A stretch of 64,000 nt of DNA from an uncultured cyanobacterium (GTDB lineage: Bacteria; Cyanobacteriota; Cyanobacteriia; Pseudanabaenales; Pseudanabaenaceae), in NCBI GenBank assembly GCA_963703315.1, contig OY969811.1, forward strand, positions 1,568,001-1,632,000. Direction: 5' to 3'. The notes under the pieces are model-generated. The model saw nothing but the letters and a program-made list of their open reading frames with translations, did not search any database and was not told the origin of the DNA. Positions 47,772 to 58,133 of this stretch are shown here, piece after piece (within the stretch, counting starts at the first letter, position 1; each line of letters opens with the position of its first letter). The position numbers and the translations under genes were made by a program.

Positions 47772-48872
47772 CTATCCTTTACGGTTATGGTCTAGCAAAA
47801 TTGTAAAAATTGCGCCTTTCGGTTGATTGTTCGTTACAGAAATTGAGCCTTGATGAGCCTCAATGATCATTTTGCAAAAAGATAGCCCTAAGCCTATTTG
47901 GGAAACTCCCAGTACAATATTACCGACTTCATACTTTTCAAAAATTACTTGTTTCTGCTCTGGGCTGACTCCCATTCCACTATCAATTACTTGAATTTGA
48001 ATTAAATCTTGGCGATCAGGATTTTGGGGTAAACGTTCTATTTTGATCATAATTGAACTTTGCTGCGGAGAGAACTTAATTGCGTTGTCCACTAAGTTGT
48101 CTAATACGCGGCGAATTAAAGGAATATCACCATAAATATAGGCTGGCTCTGGGGGGAATTCTCCTAGTAGTTGAATTTGCTTATTAATGGCTATTGGTTT
48201 CAAATCGTAGATGACCGATTTTGCCATTTCCGTAATATTGATCGCTGTACAATTGAGGATCAGTCTATTGGCTTCAATTCTACCTATGGTCAAAATATCA
48301 TCAATCAGCAGACGCATTTGCTCAATCGTATACTTAATCTGATTCATTCTCTTCTTAGCGCGTTCAGGCATCTCTAAACCCTTGAGAGAATCACAGCCTA
48401 GTAAGATCCCAATTAAAGGATTGCGAAGATCATGAACAATGGTTTGCATCATTTCTTCACGCAAAGTCATCGTATTTTGAATGAGATCATATTGAGCCTT
48501 GATTCGCAACATCGATCGCACACGGGCGCGGAGTTCAGTGCTATTAATCGGTTTGCTAATAAAATCATCGGCTCCTGCATCGAGACAACGGGCTAAATCT
48601 TCTTTGTCGGAGAGGGCAGTAATGATAATAATCGGAATATGTTGCCATTGACGATTATTTTTGAGATGCTGACAGACCTCAATGCCGTCCATTTCTGGCA
48701 TCATTACATCTAGTAAAATCAGGTCAGGGTTAATTGTGGCAAGAGACGCGATCGCATTTGCCCCATTGTTTTGATGATGAAGCACATATCCTTCTTTAAA
48801 TAGCAAAATTTCAATTACATCAAAATTAGCTGGTTCATCATCTACGACTAAAATAACTGGTTTATTTCCCAT
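47772..48872 (-). CDS. Hybrid response regulator/histidine kinase
   Basis: VVDD, LDVMMP, HDLRNP, NAIKF, GLGL; ATG at 48872 preferred. Confidence 0.92.
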   Translation of the reverse strand: MGNKPVILVVDDEPANFDVIEILLFKEGYVLHHQNNGANAIASLATINPDLILLDVMMPEMDGIEVCQHLKNNRQWQHIPIIIITALSDKEDLARCLDAGADDFISKPINSTELRARVRSMLRIKAQYDLIQNTMTLREEMMQTIVHDLRNPLIGILLGCDSLKGLEMPERAKKRMNQIKYTIEQMRLLIDDILTIGRIEANRLILNCTAINITEMAKSVIYDLKPIAINKQIQLLGEFPPEPAYIYGDIPLIRRVLDNLVDNAIKFSPQQSSIMIKIERLPQNPDRQDLIQIQVIDSGMGVSPEQKQVIFEKYEVGNIVLGVSQIGLGLSFCKMIIEAHQGSISVTNNQPKGAIFTILLDHNRKG

Positions 48873-48998
48873 ACTTTTTATATATAAGCTAGGATTGCCT
48901 AACACTTGTCTAGTAGATCAACTCTAAAACCGATGACACAAGCTGCGCGATCGCCACAGGTGTTTGGGTTTTATATTTTAATTATGCCTACTCACTTA

Positions 48999-49093
48999 TA
49001 TAGCGCTTTTCAAGCAAGCGAGGTACAGAGGATTGTTTCCCCGCCGAAGGCGGGGAAACAATCCCGTACTTCACTAGACTGTGAAACGCTATA
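48999..49093. repeat. Short palindromic MITE/REP-like element with tatagcg...cgctata ends
   Basis: Central hairpin ggattgtttccccgcc-gaa-ggcggggaaacaatcc; partial copy at 859-926. Confidence 0.8.
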
Positions 49094-49174
49094 TAGACAT
49101 GGTTAACTGACTGCACTTTCTATTTTGACAGGTTTTCATTTACCATGACTTAAGATATTTCGCGGAATCAGCCC

Positions 49175-50761
49175 ATGACTTCAGATGTCAAAACCTTAGC
49201 AGCGATCGATGTTGGTACAAATTCCATTCACATGGTGATTGTGCAGATCCAGACTTCAATCCCTAGTTTTAGTGTAATTGAGTCCGAAAAGGCAACCGTG
49301 AGACTAGGGGAACGCTGCGCTCAAACAGGGAATTTGACTGAAGACGCAATGCGGCGATCGCTGGAAGCTTTAAAACGATGTCAGGAGATTTGTCGTACCT
49401 TTAAGGTTGAGGAGATCATCGCAGTTGCCACGAGTGCCACTCGCGAGGCTCCTAATGGTCATGATTTTATACGGCGCATTTCTGAAGAATTAGGCTTACA
49501 TATTGAAGTTATTTCTGGTCAAGAGGAAGCCCGCCGCATTTATTTGGGCGTAATTTCTGCGATGAATCTTAAAGATGAGCCACATCTATTAGTTGATATT
49601 GGTGGTGGTTCGACGGAAATTATTTTAGGGGATGGTCGCGATCCGATGTATCTCAGTAGTACGAAGATTGGCGCAGTCCGTTTAACAGATTTATTTGTGA
49701 AGAGCGATCCCATTTCGCCAACGGAATACGATCGCCTCTTGGGTTATATTTTGGGTTCGATTGAGCGTCCGACCGATGACTTGCGATTGTTACTTAAAGA
49801 TAAACTGGAAGGCAAGACCTTAAAGGCGATCGGCACATCAGGTACGATTGAGACTCTGGCAACTCTCCATGCTAAAGAAAAAACAGGTGTTGTTCCTAAT
49901 CCTCTCCAAGGTTATGAGATTCCTTTTGCAGATTTAGAAAATCTGGTCTGGCGCTTACGTCGGGCAACTTTGGAGGAACGCACGGCAATGGTACGGCAAA
50001 AGCGAGCCGAAATTATTTTAGCAGGGGCGTTAGTTCTCTTAGAAACGATGCGGCTCTTGGGAGTGCCGAAAATCACCCTCTGTCAGCGAGCTTTGCGTGA
50101 AGGATTGGTTGTCGATTGGATGATCCGTCATGGCTATATCGAGGATGGCTGGAAATATCAAAGCTCGATTCGCGATCGCAGCATTCTCAAGCTAGCGAAT
50201 AAATATGGCATTAATCTCCAATATGCGAACCAAGTAGCTGACCATGCTCTCAGTCTGTTTGACCAGACTAAGGGAATCTTTCATGAATGGGATGAGGAAG
50301 ATCGTCATTTGCTCTGGGCGGCGGCAATCTTACATAATTCAGGACATCATGTCAGTCATGATGCTCACCACAAGCATTCCTACTATCTGATTCGCAATGG
50401 TGAATTATTGGGTTATACCGAGTCAGAAATTGAGGCGATCGCCAATCTTGCCCGCTATCACCGTAAGAGTGAACCCAAGAAAAAGCATGACAATTTTCAA
50501 CGTCTAGACAGTGAGCGTCAAAAATCATTCATTCGTCAAGCCAGTACATTTTTACGTCTAGCCACAGCCCTAGATCGGCGGCAAATAGGGGCGATCGCCG
50601 CGATTCATGTAGTTTGCAATCCGCGCACCCGTGCCTGCTCCTTACAACTCACGCCCAAACAAGCTAACGATCCCTGTACCTTAGAGCTTTGGAGTCTTGA
50701 TTATAAAAAGCAACCCTTTGAAGCCCAATTTAACGTTACGCTGTCAGTATCCTTATGTTAG
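49175..50761 (+). CDS. ppx: Exopolyphosphatase Ppx/GppA with HD domain
   Basis: IDVGTNS, ATSATREAPN, DIGGGSTE, LREG, ARYHRK. Confidence 0.93.
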   Translation: MTSDVKTLAAIDVGTNSIHMVIVQIQTSIPSFSVIESEKATVRLGERCAQTGNLTEDAMRRSLEALKRCQEICRTFKVEEIIAVATSATREAPNGHDFIRRISEELGLHIEVISGQEEARRIYLGVISAMNLKDEPHLLVDIGGGSTEIILGDGRDPMYLSSTKIGAVRLTDLFVKSDPISPTEYDRLLGYILGSIERPTDDLRLLLKDKLEGKTLKAIGTSGTIETLATLHAKEKTGVVPNPLQGYEIPFADLENLVWRLRRATLEERTAMVRQKRAEIILAGALVLLETMRLLGVPKITLCQRALREGLVVDWMIRHGYIEDGWKYQSSIRDRSILKLANKYGINLQYANQVADHALSLFDQTKGIFHEWDEEDRHLLWAAAILHNSGHHVSHDAHHKHSYYLIRNGELLGYTESEIEAIANLARYHRKSEPKKKHDNFQRLDSERQKSFIRQASTFLRLATALDRRQIGAIAAIHVVCNPRTRACSLQLTPKQANDPCTLELWSLDYKKQPFEAQFNVTLSVSLC

Positions 50762-50807
50762 ATAGGGTTGGCGCTTTGCGCCAACCCTATCTGTTGAGAT
50801 TTACATT

Positions 50808-52784
50808 ATGGAAGGGTCTCTGTCTTTAATCATAATCATTGCGATCGCCGCAGGTATTTTTGCCCGTGTCGTCGCGAATTTTTTTCGAGTGCCGAGCATT
50901 GTCTTTCTGCTGATTTTTGGGGTGGCTTTAGGGGGAAATGGTTTAAATCTAGTCCAGCCACGCCTATTAGGAGACGGTTTAGAAGCGATTGTATCGATTT
51001 CTGTTGCCCTAATTTTGTTCGATGGAGGACTAAATTTACAACTTAAAGAACTAGGCAAGGTTTCTGCGAGTTTACGCAATTTAATCACCATTGGCACGCT
51101 GATTACTTTAATTGGTGGGGGCATCGCTGCCTATTGGTTTAGTGAATTTCCTTGGACGATCGCCTTTTTATATGCGGCTTTAGTCGTAGTGACAGGACCC
51201 ACTGTCGTTAATCCGATCATTGAAGAAGTCGGACTTGATCGCCGCCTTGCCACAATTCTCGAAGGAGAGGGTGTACTCATCGATGCGATCGGTTCTGTAT
51301 TAGCCGTCGTGATTCTCGATGTCGCGTTAAAGCCAACTTCCAGTGCCTTTGAAGTTGTCACGGATTTGGGATTAAGGTTAGGTATCGGCGGTGTGCTAGG
51401 GGCGATCGCGGGATGGTTACTGGGCAAGTTTTTGCAACGTGCCACATTTCTGGCAGAAGATACTAAAAGCGCCGTAGTTGTAGCCGCAGTATTAGCACTA
51501 TTCGGAATCGCTCAAGAAATCCAAAGTGAATCAGGTTTAACCGCCGTAGTGATGATGGGACTGATTCTACGGGCTTCAGAAATCCCCAATAGTCGCGCCC
51601 TCCTCAAGTTTAAAAGTCAATTAGTAGCGCTGATCGTTTCGGTTCTATTTATCTTACTCTCCGCAAATCTCTCTATTCCCAGTATCTTTGCGCTGGGATG
51701 GGATGGGGTCAAAACCGTTCTCTTTTTGATGTTTGTGGTGCGACCGATTAATGTCATTGTCAGTACATGGAATAGTAGCTTTACATGGCGACAAAAGGCT
51801 TTCCTGTCATGGTGTGCGCCTAGAGGCATTGTGGCAGCATCGGTGGCTTCTCTCTTTTCGATTTTGTTAACCGAACGTGGTGTTAATGGTGGTGAATCCA
51901 TTAAAGCGCTAGTTTTTTTGACGATCGCCATGACCGTATTTTTGCAAGGACTTTCTGCAAAATTAGTGGCAAAGTTGTTAGGTCTAAATCAAGGTGATAT
52001 CTCTGGTTTGGTGATTGTGGGCAGTAATCCCATTGGCATTCTTGTCGCCCGACTCTTTCAAGCCAATGGTCAGCGCGTGGCGCTCATCGATACCAATGCC
52101 GAGCTTTGCAAGCAAGCGGCGGAATACGATATTCCTGCTTTCGTGAGTAATGGGCTGGATGCCAAGTCCTTAGCTGAGGCAGGATTAGATTCTGTAGGAA
52201 CCTTTGTTGCCTTGACGATTAATACCGATGTGAATATTGTGATTGCTCAAATCGCTGCCAAAGAGTTCAATCCACCCAAAGTTTTTGCGGTTTATATTAA
52301 AGATGCTGAGGGCGATCGCAATGAACCAACGGAAATTCAACAGGCTTTTAGTACTAGAGTTCCCATCAAAACATGGAATCAATATATTCTGCAACGCGAA
52401 GTTAGAGTTGGAGAGTTTCTGCTCACGGCGGCAGAAATAGAAGAACAATTAAATCGTTTTAATACGATGTTTAATTCAGGGATATTACTCCCATTGCTGT
52501 TTGAGCGTAAAGGTCAATTACAAATCGTATCGGCGGCTATGTCATGGGAAAAAGGCGATCGCATTGTCTATTTGCTGTATACACCTAAAGCTTTACCTCC
52601 TGCTCAATTTGAGGTTCTACCACCTAATACGCTAGACATTACGCCAGTTGTGCTATCGGATCTGGATATTGCTCAAAAGACAAATGATTTGTATGGCTCT
52701 GGTGTCAACAATAACAAAGATAATGAACTTACATCTAGTTCTGATTATTTCTTGAAAATGGCAAAGGAGATTCTTAAAAAGTGA
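50808..52784 (+). CDS. Cation:proton antiporter (CPA1) with TrkA-N domain
   Basis: ILFDGG, VTGPTV, EGVLID, APRGIVAA; C-terminal Rossmann-like domain. Confidence 0.9.
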   Translation: MEGSLSLIIIIAIAAGIFARVVANFFRVPSIVFLLIFGVALGGNGLNLVQPRLLGDGLEAIVSISVALILFDGGLNLQLKELGKVSASLRNLITIGTLITLIGGGIAAYWFSEFPWTIAFLYAALVVVTGPTVVNPIIEEVGLDRRLATILEGEGVLIDAIGSVLAVVILDVALKPTSSAFEVVTDLGLRLGIGGVLGAIAGWLLGKFLQRATFLAEDTKSAVVVAAVLALFGIAQEIQSESGLTAVVMMGLILRASEIPNSRALLKFKSQLVALIVSVLFILLSANLSIPSIFALGWDGVKTVLFLMFVVRPINVIVSTWNSSFTWRQKAFLSWCAPRGIVAASVASLFSILLTERGVNGGESIKALVFLTIAMTVFLQGLSAKLVAKLLGLNQGDISGLVIVGSNPIGILVARLFQANGQRVALIDTNAELCKQAAEYDIPAFVSNGLDAKSLAEAGLDSVGTFVALTINTDVNIVIAQIAAKEFNPPKVFAVYIKDAEGDRNEPTEIQQAFSTRVPIKTWNQYILQREVRVGEFLLTAAEIEEQLNRFNTMFNSGILLPLLFERKGQLQIVSAAMSWEKGDRIVYLLYTPKALPPAQFEVLPPNTLDITPVVLSDLDIAQKTNDLYGSGVNNNKDNELTSSSDYFLKMAKEILKK

Positions 52785-52800
52785 TAAGCACTTCCCAGTT

Positions 52801-52904
52801 AATACCAAAACTAAAAATGGCTACGCCATTTTTAGTTTTAAAAACCCTTACTAGGTTTGGTTTTTAATTCACAAAAGTGTTGTCACACTTTCGTGAATTG
52901 GTAT
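52801..52904. repeat. Double-hairpin repeat element (inverted copy at 55764-55867)
   Basis: aaaatggctacgccatttt and ttcacaaaagtgttgtcacactttcgtgaa hairpins joined by a conserved linker. Confidence 0.85.
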
Positions 52905-52909
52905 AAACT

Positions 52910-52962
52910 ACCCAAACGCGTAAAGTTGCGCCCCACAGGGGCGCAACTTTACGCGTTTGGGT
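52910..52962. repeat. Perfect palindrome (25-bp arms, ACA loop)
   Basis: acccaaacgcgtaaagttgcgcccc-aca-ggggcgcaactttacgcgtttgggt. Confidence 0.9.
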
Positions 52963-52975
52963 TTGGTCTATCTAC

Positions 52976-53776
52976 TTACTTCTTCAAGACTAATCCTAAA
53001 ATCAATAATATGGAACCTACTGACAAGCAACCAACCATTCCATAGAAAAACCCTTTCACTGCATTTGCCGTAGACTTCGCCAGTTCCTCTTCACTCTTGA
53101 GAGAAATAATAAACTTCTTATCTGATTGCATCGGTTTACGAAGTGTGACTTGACCGCCATCATCTGCCGCCGTGCCAATCACCAACACCTCGCGATCGCA
53201 GGGCAAAATTGACTCCGTATAACGATAACCGAGCGTACGTCTACCACCACCCATACCCGCGCCGATCGCTAAACTAAAGCCCCCAAACGATATCGATGAG
53301 CCGCCAGAATGCTCTTGGCGAAACTCATCTAATACTGGTACTGTGTCAATATTGCCGCCATCAGGATTCACTAAAAGGTCGCCCGAATTGTCTTGCAAAG
53401 TAAAGGGAATTGATTGGCTATTGCTAGAAACCGTTTCGGAACTACGCCGAGTTTCGGTGCGGGTTTTGCCTTCGCTATCCGTAGTTGTTTGTTGCTCCTC
53501 GTATTCCCTGACAACGCGCATCGTGTAATGGACACAGGGTTGTTGCTTCAATTCAGAAATCAAAGGGCGATCGCTACGAATAATGCCACGGACTTTCACA
53601 TATTCCCGCAAATTCCCACTGCCGATTTCACCAGCGATTTCCCTCGCAATTCTTTGCAAATCCGATACAGTTGAGGAAGTTGCTAAACGGATACTTTGTA
53701 ACTTTGTGCTGTAGTTCTGTTGGACAAAAAAGAAAATGATGCCAATCACAATGAGAATACCGCCAAAAATTGCCAT
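52976..53776 (-). CDS. GIDE-domain membrane protein (E3 ligase family-like, no RING)
   Basis: TM helix at each end; PLISEL-CVHY, PFTLQD-SG, GYRYTESIL. Confidence 0.75.
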   Translation of the reverse strand: MAIFGGILIVIGIIFFFVQQNYSTKLQSIRLATSSTVSDLQRIAREIAGEIGSGNLREYVKVRGIIRSDRPLISELKQQPCVHYTMRVVREYEEQQTTTDSEGKTRTETRRSSETVSSNSQSIPFTLQDNSGDLLVNPDGGNIDTVPVLDEFRQEHSGGSSISFGGFSLAIGAGMGGGRRTLGYRYTESILPCDREVLVIGTAADDGGQVTLRKPMQSDKKFIISLKSEEELAKSTANAVKGFFYGMVGCLSVGSILLILGLVLKK

Positions 53777-54398
53777 AATCTTGCAGAATTGATATGTTTT
53801 TGCGATCGCTTTAAAATTAACACATAGCGGTTTTCATTTTGCCCTAGACAAAATAAAAACTCCCAAGTCTTTACTGTAATTAGTTTTTTGTTTTATACCT
53901 GTCGCCCTGTGTACTAGCTAACTCTTGCCTTACTATAAAATTCTAAAATCTGTAGCGTGGGTCACAGGTTTTAAATCTGATTTTTAAATGTGGCGAGGTA
54001 CTTCTAGTAATTCTATATTTAGTGAAATACACATAATTTTTACACTCTTTTAGGAAATAAGTAAGACTTCAGCTATGGTGATCTGACTTTATCAGCGATC
54101 GCTTTATACGCTGGAGTTGCATCATTGCGAAGCTTGTATTATCTATACATCTTAACTAACTAGTGACCCCGCTCCGCACAGCACTTTTTTATAGATTCTA
54201 TAAATATTGTCCTATAGCTGATGTATAACATTTATATAACCTCTATATATCTTTTTGATAACTAAACCGTCCTCAAGATTGGTTTCTAAACAATTAAAAA
54301 CGTGAATAATATCTATACAGTACTTCACTAAGATTTCTTAGTAAGAACTCGTATTTTTTAGGTACTGCTATTTAATACTTTAATAAAAGGAAATTGTT

Positions 54399-55706
54399 AT
54401 GTTTTGGACAGCAGATCGCATTTACTCTCAAGGTATTGAGCAAGCACAGCAAAGAATTTACGAGTTCTTTTTAGAGATAGTACGTCGTAAATCACCAGAA
54501 AAAGTTCTCGAAGATTTCAAACATTTATTTATTAATTTTAGTGATAGTCATAATCTGGAAATTACTCAAGCACTTGACCAGATTTTGACCTCCTATGATG
54601 AAAAAGAATTCTTTTATACCCTAAGGCGTTGCTGCTATATTCTGATCAATAACTGGACAGTTACTAATAATCGAATTCATATCCAATCTCTAATTGATAT
54701 TTGCAAACATCCTTCAATCTATCGTAAGACAACCTCTATCAAAATTAGAACCCTGAGAGCTTGGTTGCAGCTATTTATCAAGAGTGAAGACTTTCAAGCA
54801 TTAAAACTGTTTGTTCTGCATACCGATGAGCATAACTATCAAGATCAGAATTGGAGTAATCGTTTTGCGTCCTACCTGTTAGCTTATCAGTACACAAATC
54901 CAACTAGTTCTCTGGAGCAGAGGCAAGCAGCAAACCTGTTATCTCAAAAGATGAAAGAGAAATTCAAGTTTGATTTGGCTATGTATACTGCTCGTCTAGG
55001 TACACCATCTCCTCACTCAAATCAACAAAAGAATCCCACTAGTCTCAACAACAATATCCTGAATCTTGTGACATTAATGCTTACCAAAAAAAGCATTCTC
55101 AACTGCCAAGAGTTAGCTACTAATCTTCTTAACAATATCCATAGTCTATCCTATCGCGATTTCAAGATGAAGTTTCTGGAGTATCTTGATTTTGCGATCG
55201 CTGATTCAGAAATATCTGAGACAGTGCAAATTAAGCTGCATGATGGCTTATTAAAATTAGAGCCAAATCGTCATCATGATCTTGTTAGTACTCCTTTAAT
55301 GTTTAAATCTGCTAAGTATGTACTCAGTGAAGTTACGATCAATGATCATGGACAGCCTACAGAGTTATTTAATATTTTGCTGCACCATACAAATCCTCTT
55401 AACTTTGTAGTGTTGCTACTCAAGCTCTCATTAATGCATGAGTCTTTTCGTCCACATTTAGAACTCAGAGTTGCCACCATTATCAAGTACTACAGTCAAT
55501 ATAGTGAATCAAAATGTAAATCGGTGATTGCCTTTATCGATATGCTCAACATTGCGTTGGCAGTTTATGCTGGTGAAACTCGCTACAACATTGTCCGCAT
55601 GAACTCCTATACATCAACAACTGTAAAAGAGAGCGATAATCAATTAGATTCCCAGATTTCTAAATTCAATACTAAAGAATATCGAATTTTTTCACAGGTT
55701 CGATAA
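54399..55706 (+). CDS. Conserved cyanobacterial hypothetical protein
   Basis: 435-aa ORF; LRRCCYILINNW, KFDLAMYTAR. Confidence 0.75.
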   Translation: MFWTADRIYSQGIEQAQQRIYEFFLEIVRRKSPEKVLEDFKHLFINFSDSHNLEITQALDQILTSYDEKEFFYTLRRCCYILINNWTVTNNRIHIQSLIDICKHPSIYRKTTSIKIRTLRAWLQLFIKSEDFQALKLFVLHTDEHNYQDQNWSNRFASYLLAYQYTNPTSSLEQRQAANLLSQKMKEKFKFDLAMYTARLGTPSPHSNQQKNPTSLNNNILNLVTLMLTKKSILNCQELATNLLNNIHSLSYRDFKMKFLEYLDFAIADSEISETVQIKLHDGLLKLEPNRHHDLVSTPLMFKSAKYVLSEVTINDHGQPTELFNILLHHTNPLNFVVLLLKLSLMHESFRPHLELRVATIIKYYSQYSESKCKSVIAFIDMLNIALAVYAGETRYNIVRMNSYTSTTVKESDNQLDSQISKFNTKEYRIFSQVR

Positions 55707-55763
55707 TTTCGATAATTTTTATCTATAACCCCTCCCTAGACCGCCCCTTTGCAAGGGTGAATT

Positions 55764-55867
55764 ATACCAATTCACAAAAGTGTCGTCACACTTTTGTGAA
55801 TTGAAAGCCAAACCCAGTAAGGTTTTTAAAAACACGAAATGGCTACGCCATTTTGTGTTTTGGTATT
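55764..55867. repeat. Double-hairpin repeat element (inverted copy of 52801-52904)
   Basis: Same two hairpins in reversed order with a reverse-complement linker. Confidence 0.85.
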
Positions 55868-56051
55868 AAAGGGGGGTTTTTGAGACTTGTGTCTTAGTAC
55901 AGGACAAATATCCTTGTGTTGTTCAAAAAGATCTAGACTGTGGGCTGGCTTAGCGGCTAGATTTGGTTGATAGTGCTAAAGTTGATACGGTCAGCCTAAA
56001 GCGCCGCCTGTTCCAGTATGTAGATCTAAGGTTTGTAGGGTTTATAAAATA

Positions 56052-57977
56052 ATGTTGCAAGAGATTCAATTACCTGTCGTTGCCGATGCCAAAAAGTGGA
56101 CTATTCAAGACAGTGAGACACTTTATCGCATCAATGGCTGGGGAGAACCTTATTTCAGTATTAATGAAGCTGGTCATGTAACTGTATCTCCTAAGGGCGA
56201 TCGCGGTGGTTGTATTGACCTGTTTGAATTGGTAAATGATCTTAAGCAAAGGGGATTGCGATCGCCGATCTTAGTCAGATTTTCGGATATTCTCGCCGAT
56301 CGCATTGAGCGTTTAAATTCAACTTTTGCTAAGGCGATCGCCCGCTATAACTATAATGGCGTTTATCGTGGCGTTTTTCCTGTCAAGGTCAATCAGCAAA
56401 GGCAATTGGTGGAAGAAATTGCCAAGTATGGGAAACCTTTCCAATTTGGTCTGGAAGCAGGTTCTAAACCCGAATTATTGATTGCGCTTGCCACCTTACG
56501 CACCCCCGGTTCACTGCTGATTTGTAACGGTTACAAAGATGCTGAGTATATTGAGACTGCCCTATTAGCAAGAAAGTTGGGACAAAATACGATCATTGTG
56601 ATCGAGCAGTTGGAAGAAGTGGAGATGATCATCCGTGCCGCGACTAAGCTGGGAATTGCGCCTGTGGTTGGTGTTCGCGCTAAACTCAGTGCGAAAGGTC
56701 TAGGACATTGGGAAGACTCCACAGGCGATCGCGCTAAGTTTGGGCTAAGTATGTGGGAAATCTTGGAAACCGTTGAACAATTGGAAGCGGCAAATATGCT
56801 GGATTCACTCAAATTGTTGCATTTCCATATCGGTTCTCAAATTAGTAATATCAGCACGATCAAAGATGCCTTAAGAGAGGCAGGACAAATCTATGTGCAG
56901 CTTACAGCAATGGGCGCACCGATGGGACATCTTGATGTTGGTGGTGGTTTGGGTGTGGATTACGATGGTTCCAAAACTAATTTCTACGCTTCCAAAAACT
57001 ACAGTATGCAGAACTATGCCTACGATATCGTTGCGGCGATTAAGGATGCTTGTACTGAAAAGGGAATCCCTGTACCTACATTAACTAGTGAAAGTGGTCG
57101 GGCGATCGCTTCCCATCAATCGGTCTTGATTTTTGATGTAGTGGGCATTAGTGGTACTCCTAACCAACCCATTGAACCATTAAAAGAAGATGAGCATTTA
57201 ATTGTGCGGAATCTTTTTGAAGCCTTGGAAAACATCAATGAGAATAACTATCAAGAGATTTATCATGATGCTGTCCAGTTCAATCAGGAGGCAATTAGTT
57301 TATTCACTTTTGGCTATCTCACCCTGAAACAACGCGCCAGAGTTGAGCGACTTTTCTGGGAATGTTGCGATCGCATTCTCAAGGTGACTCGCAAACTAAA
57401 CTATGTGCCTGACGATCTCGAAGACTTAGAGAGAGCAATGGCACTGACCTACTATTGCAATTTCTCGGTATTTCAATCTGCACCCGACAGTTGGGCGATC
57501 GATCAACTCTTCCCCATCATGCCGATTCATCGCCTTAATGAGGAACCAGTCTGTCGTGGCACGATTGCTGATCTCACCTGTGACAGTGATGGCAAAATTG
57601 ATCGCTTTATCGATTTGCGCGATGTTAAGTCTGTTCTCGAACTACATCCGTTTATCGCTGAAGAACCTTACTTTCTTGCCCTCTTCCTCGGTGGAGCCTA
57701 TCAAGAAATTCTTGGCGATTTGCATAATCTCTTTGGCGATACTGATGCCGTACATATTCATGCAACGCCCACAGGCTATAAGGTTGAACACGTAATCAAA
57801 GGCGATTCGATGACTGAAGTTCTCGAATATGTGCAGTACAATCGTGATGCCATGCTAGAGAATATTCGGCAAGAAACCGAGCGTGCGCTCCAAGAGAAAC
57901 AAATCACTCTTGATGAAGCAAGATTATTTCTCCAAAAATACGAGCATTGCCTAAATGGATATACCTATCTCAGCTAA
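56052..57977 (+). CDS. speA: Biosynthetic arginine decarboxylase
   Basis: FPVKVNQ, EAGSKPEL, HFHIGSQI, DVGGGLG, TCDSDG. Confidence 0.97.
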   Translation: MLQEIQLPVVADAKKWTIQDSETLYRINGWGEPYFSINEAGHVTVSPKGDRGGCIDLFELVNDLKQRGLRSPILVRFSDILADRIERLNSTFAKAIARYNYNGVYRGVFPVKVNQQRQLVEEIAKYGKPFQFGLEAGSKPELLIALATLRTPGSLLICNGYKDAEYIETALLARKLGQNTIIVIEQLEEVEMIIRAATKLGIAPVVGVRAKLSAKGLGHWEDSTGDRAKFGLSMWEILETVEQLEAANMLDSLKLLHFHIGSQISNISTIKDALREAGQIYVQLTAMGAPMGHLDVGGGLGVDYDGSKTNFYASKNYSMQNYAYDIVAAIKDACTEKGIPVPTLTSESGRAIASHQSVLIFDVVGISGTPNQPIEPLKEDEHLIVRNLFEALENINENNYQEIYHDAVQFNQEAISLFTFGYLTLKQRARVERLFWECCDRILKVTRKLNYVPDDLEDLERAMALTYYCNFSVFQSAPDSWAIDQLFPIMPIHRLNEEPVCRGTIADLTCDSDGKIDRFIDLRDVKSVLELHPFIAEEPYFLALFLGGAYQEILGDLHNLFGDTDAVHIHATPTGYKVEHVIKGDSMTEVLEYVQYNRDAMLENIRQETERALQEKQITLDEARLFLQKYEHCLNGYTYLS

Positions 57978-58001
57978 CCCTAATACAGACTTGCTGTAGC
58001 T

Positions 58002-58133
58002 GTAGGATGTGTTAGCGATCGCGTAACGCATCATTCCATCATTGGCAGTGATTGAGTAGCTGAATAATGTGTTAGCGATTGTGTAACGTATTGCGGTTAT
58101 TGAGTGCGTTACGCTGACGCTAACACACCCTAC
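58002..58133. repeat. GTAG-family REP cluster (inverted doublet plus a degenerate middle unit)
   Basis: gtaggatgtgttagcgatcgcgtaacgcatc ... gtgcgttacgctgacgctaacacaccctac. Confidence 0.75.

Noticed and set aside
54136..54148. Possible NtcA site in the long AT-rich intergenic region
   Set aside because: The spacing is GTA-N7-TAC, not the canonical N8.
53777..54398. Possible ncRNA or hidden gene in the 620-bp intergenic gap
   Set aside because: No ORF, tRNA fold or recognisable RNA motif can be supported by eye.
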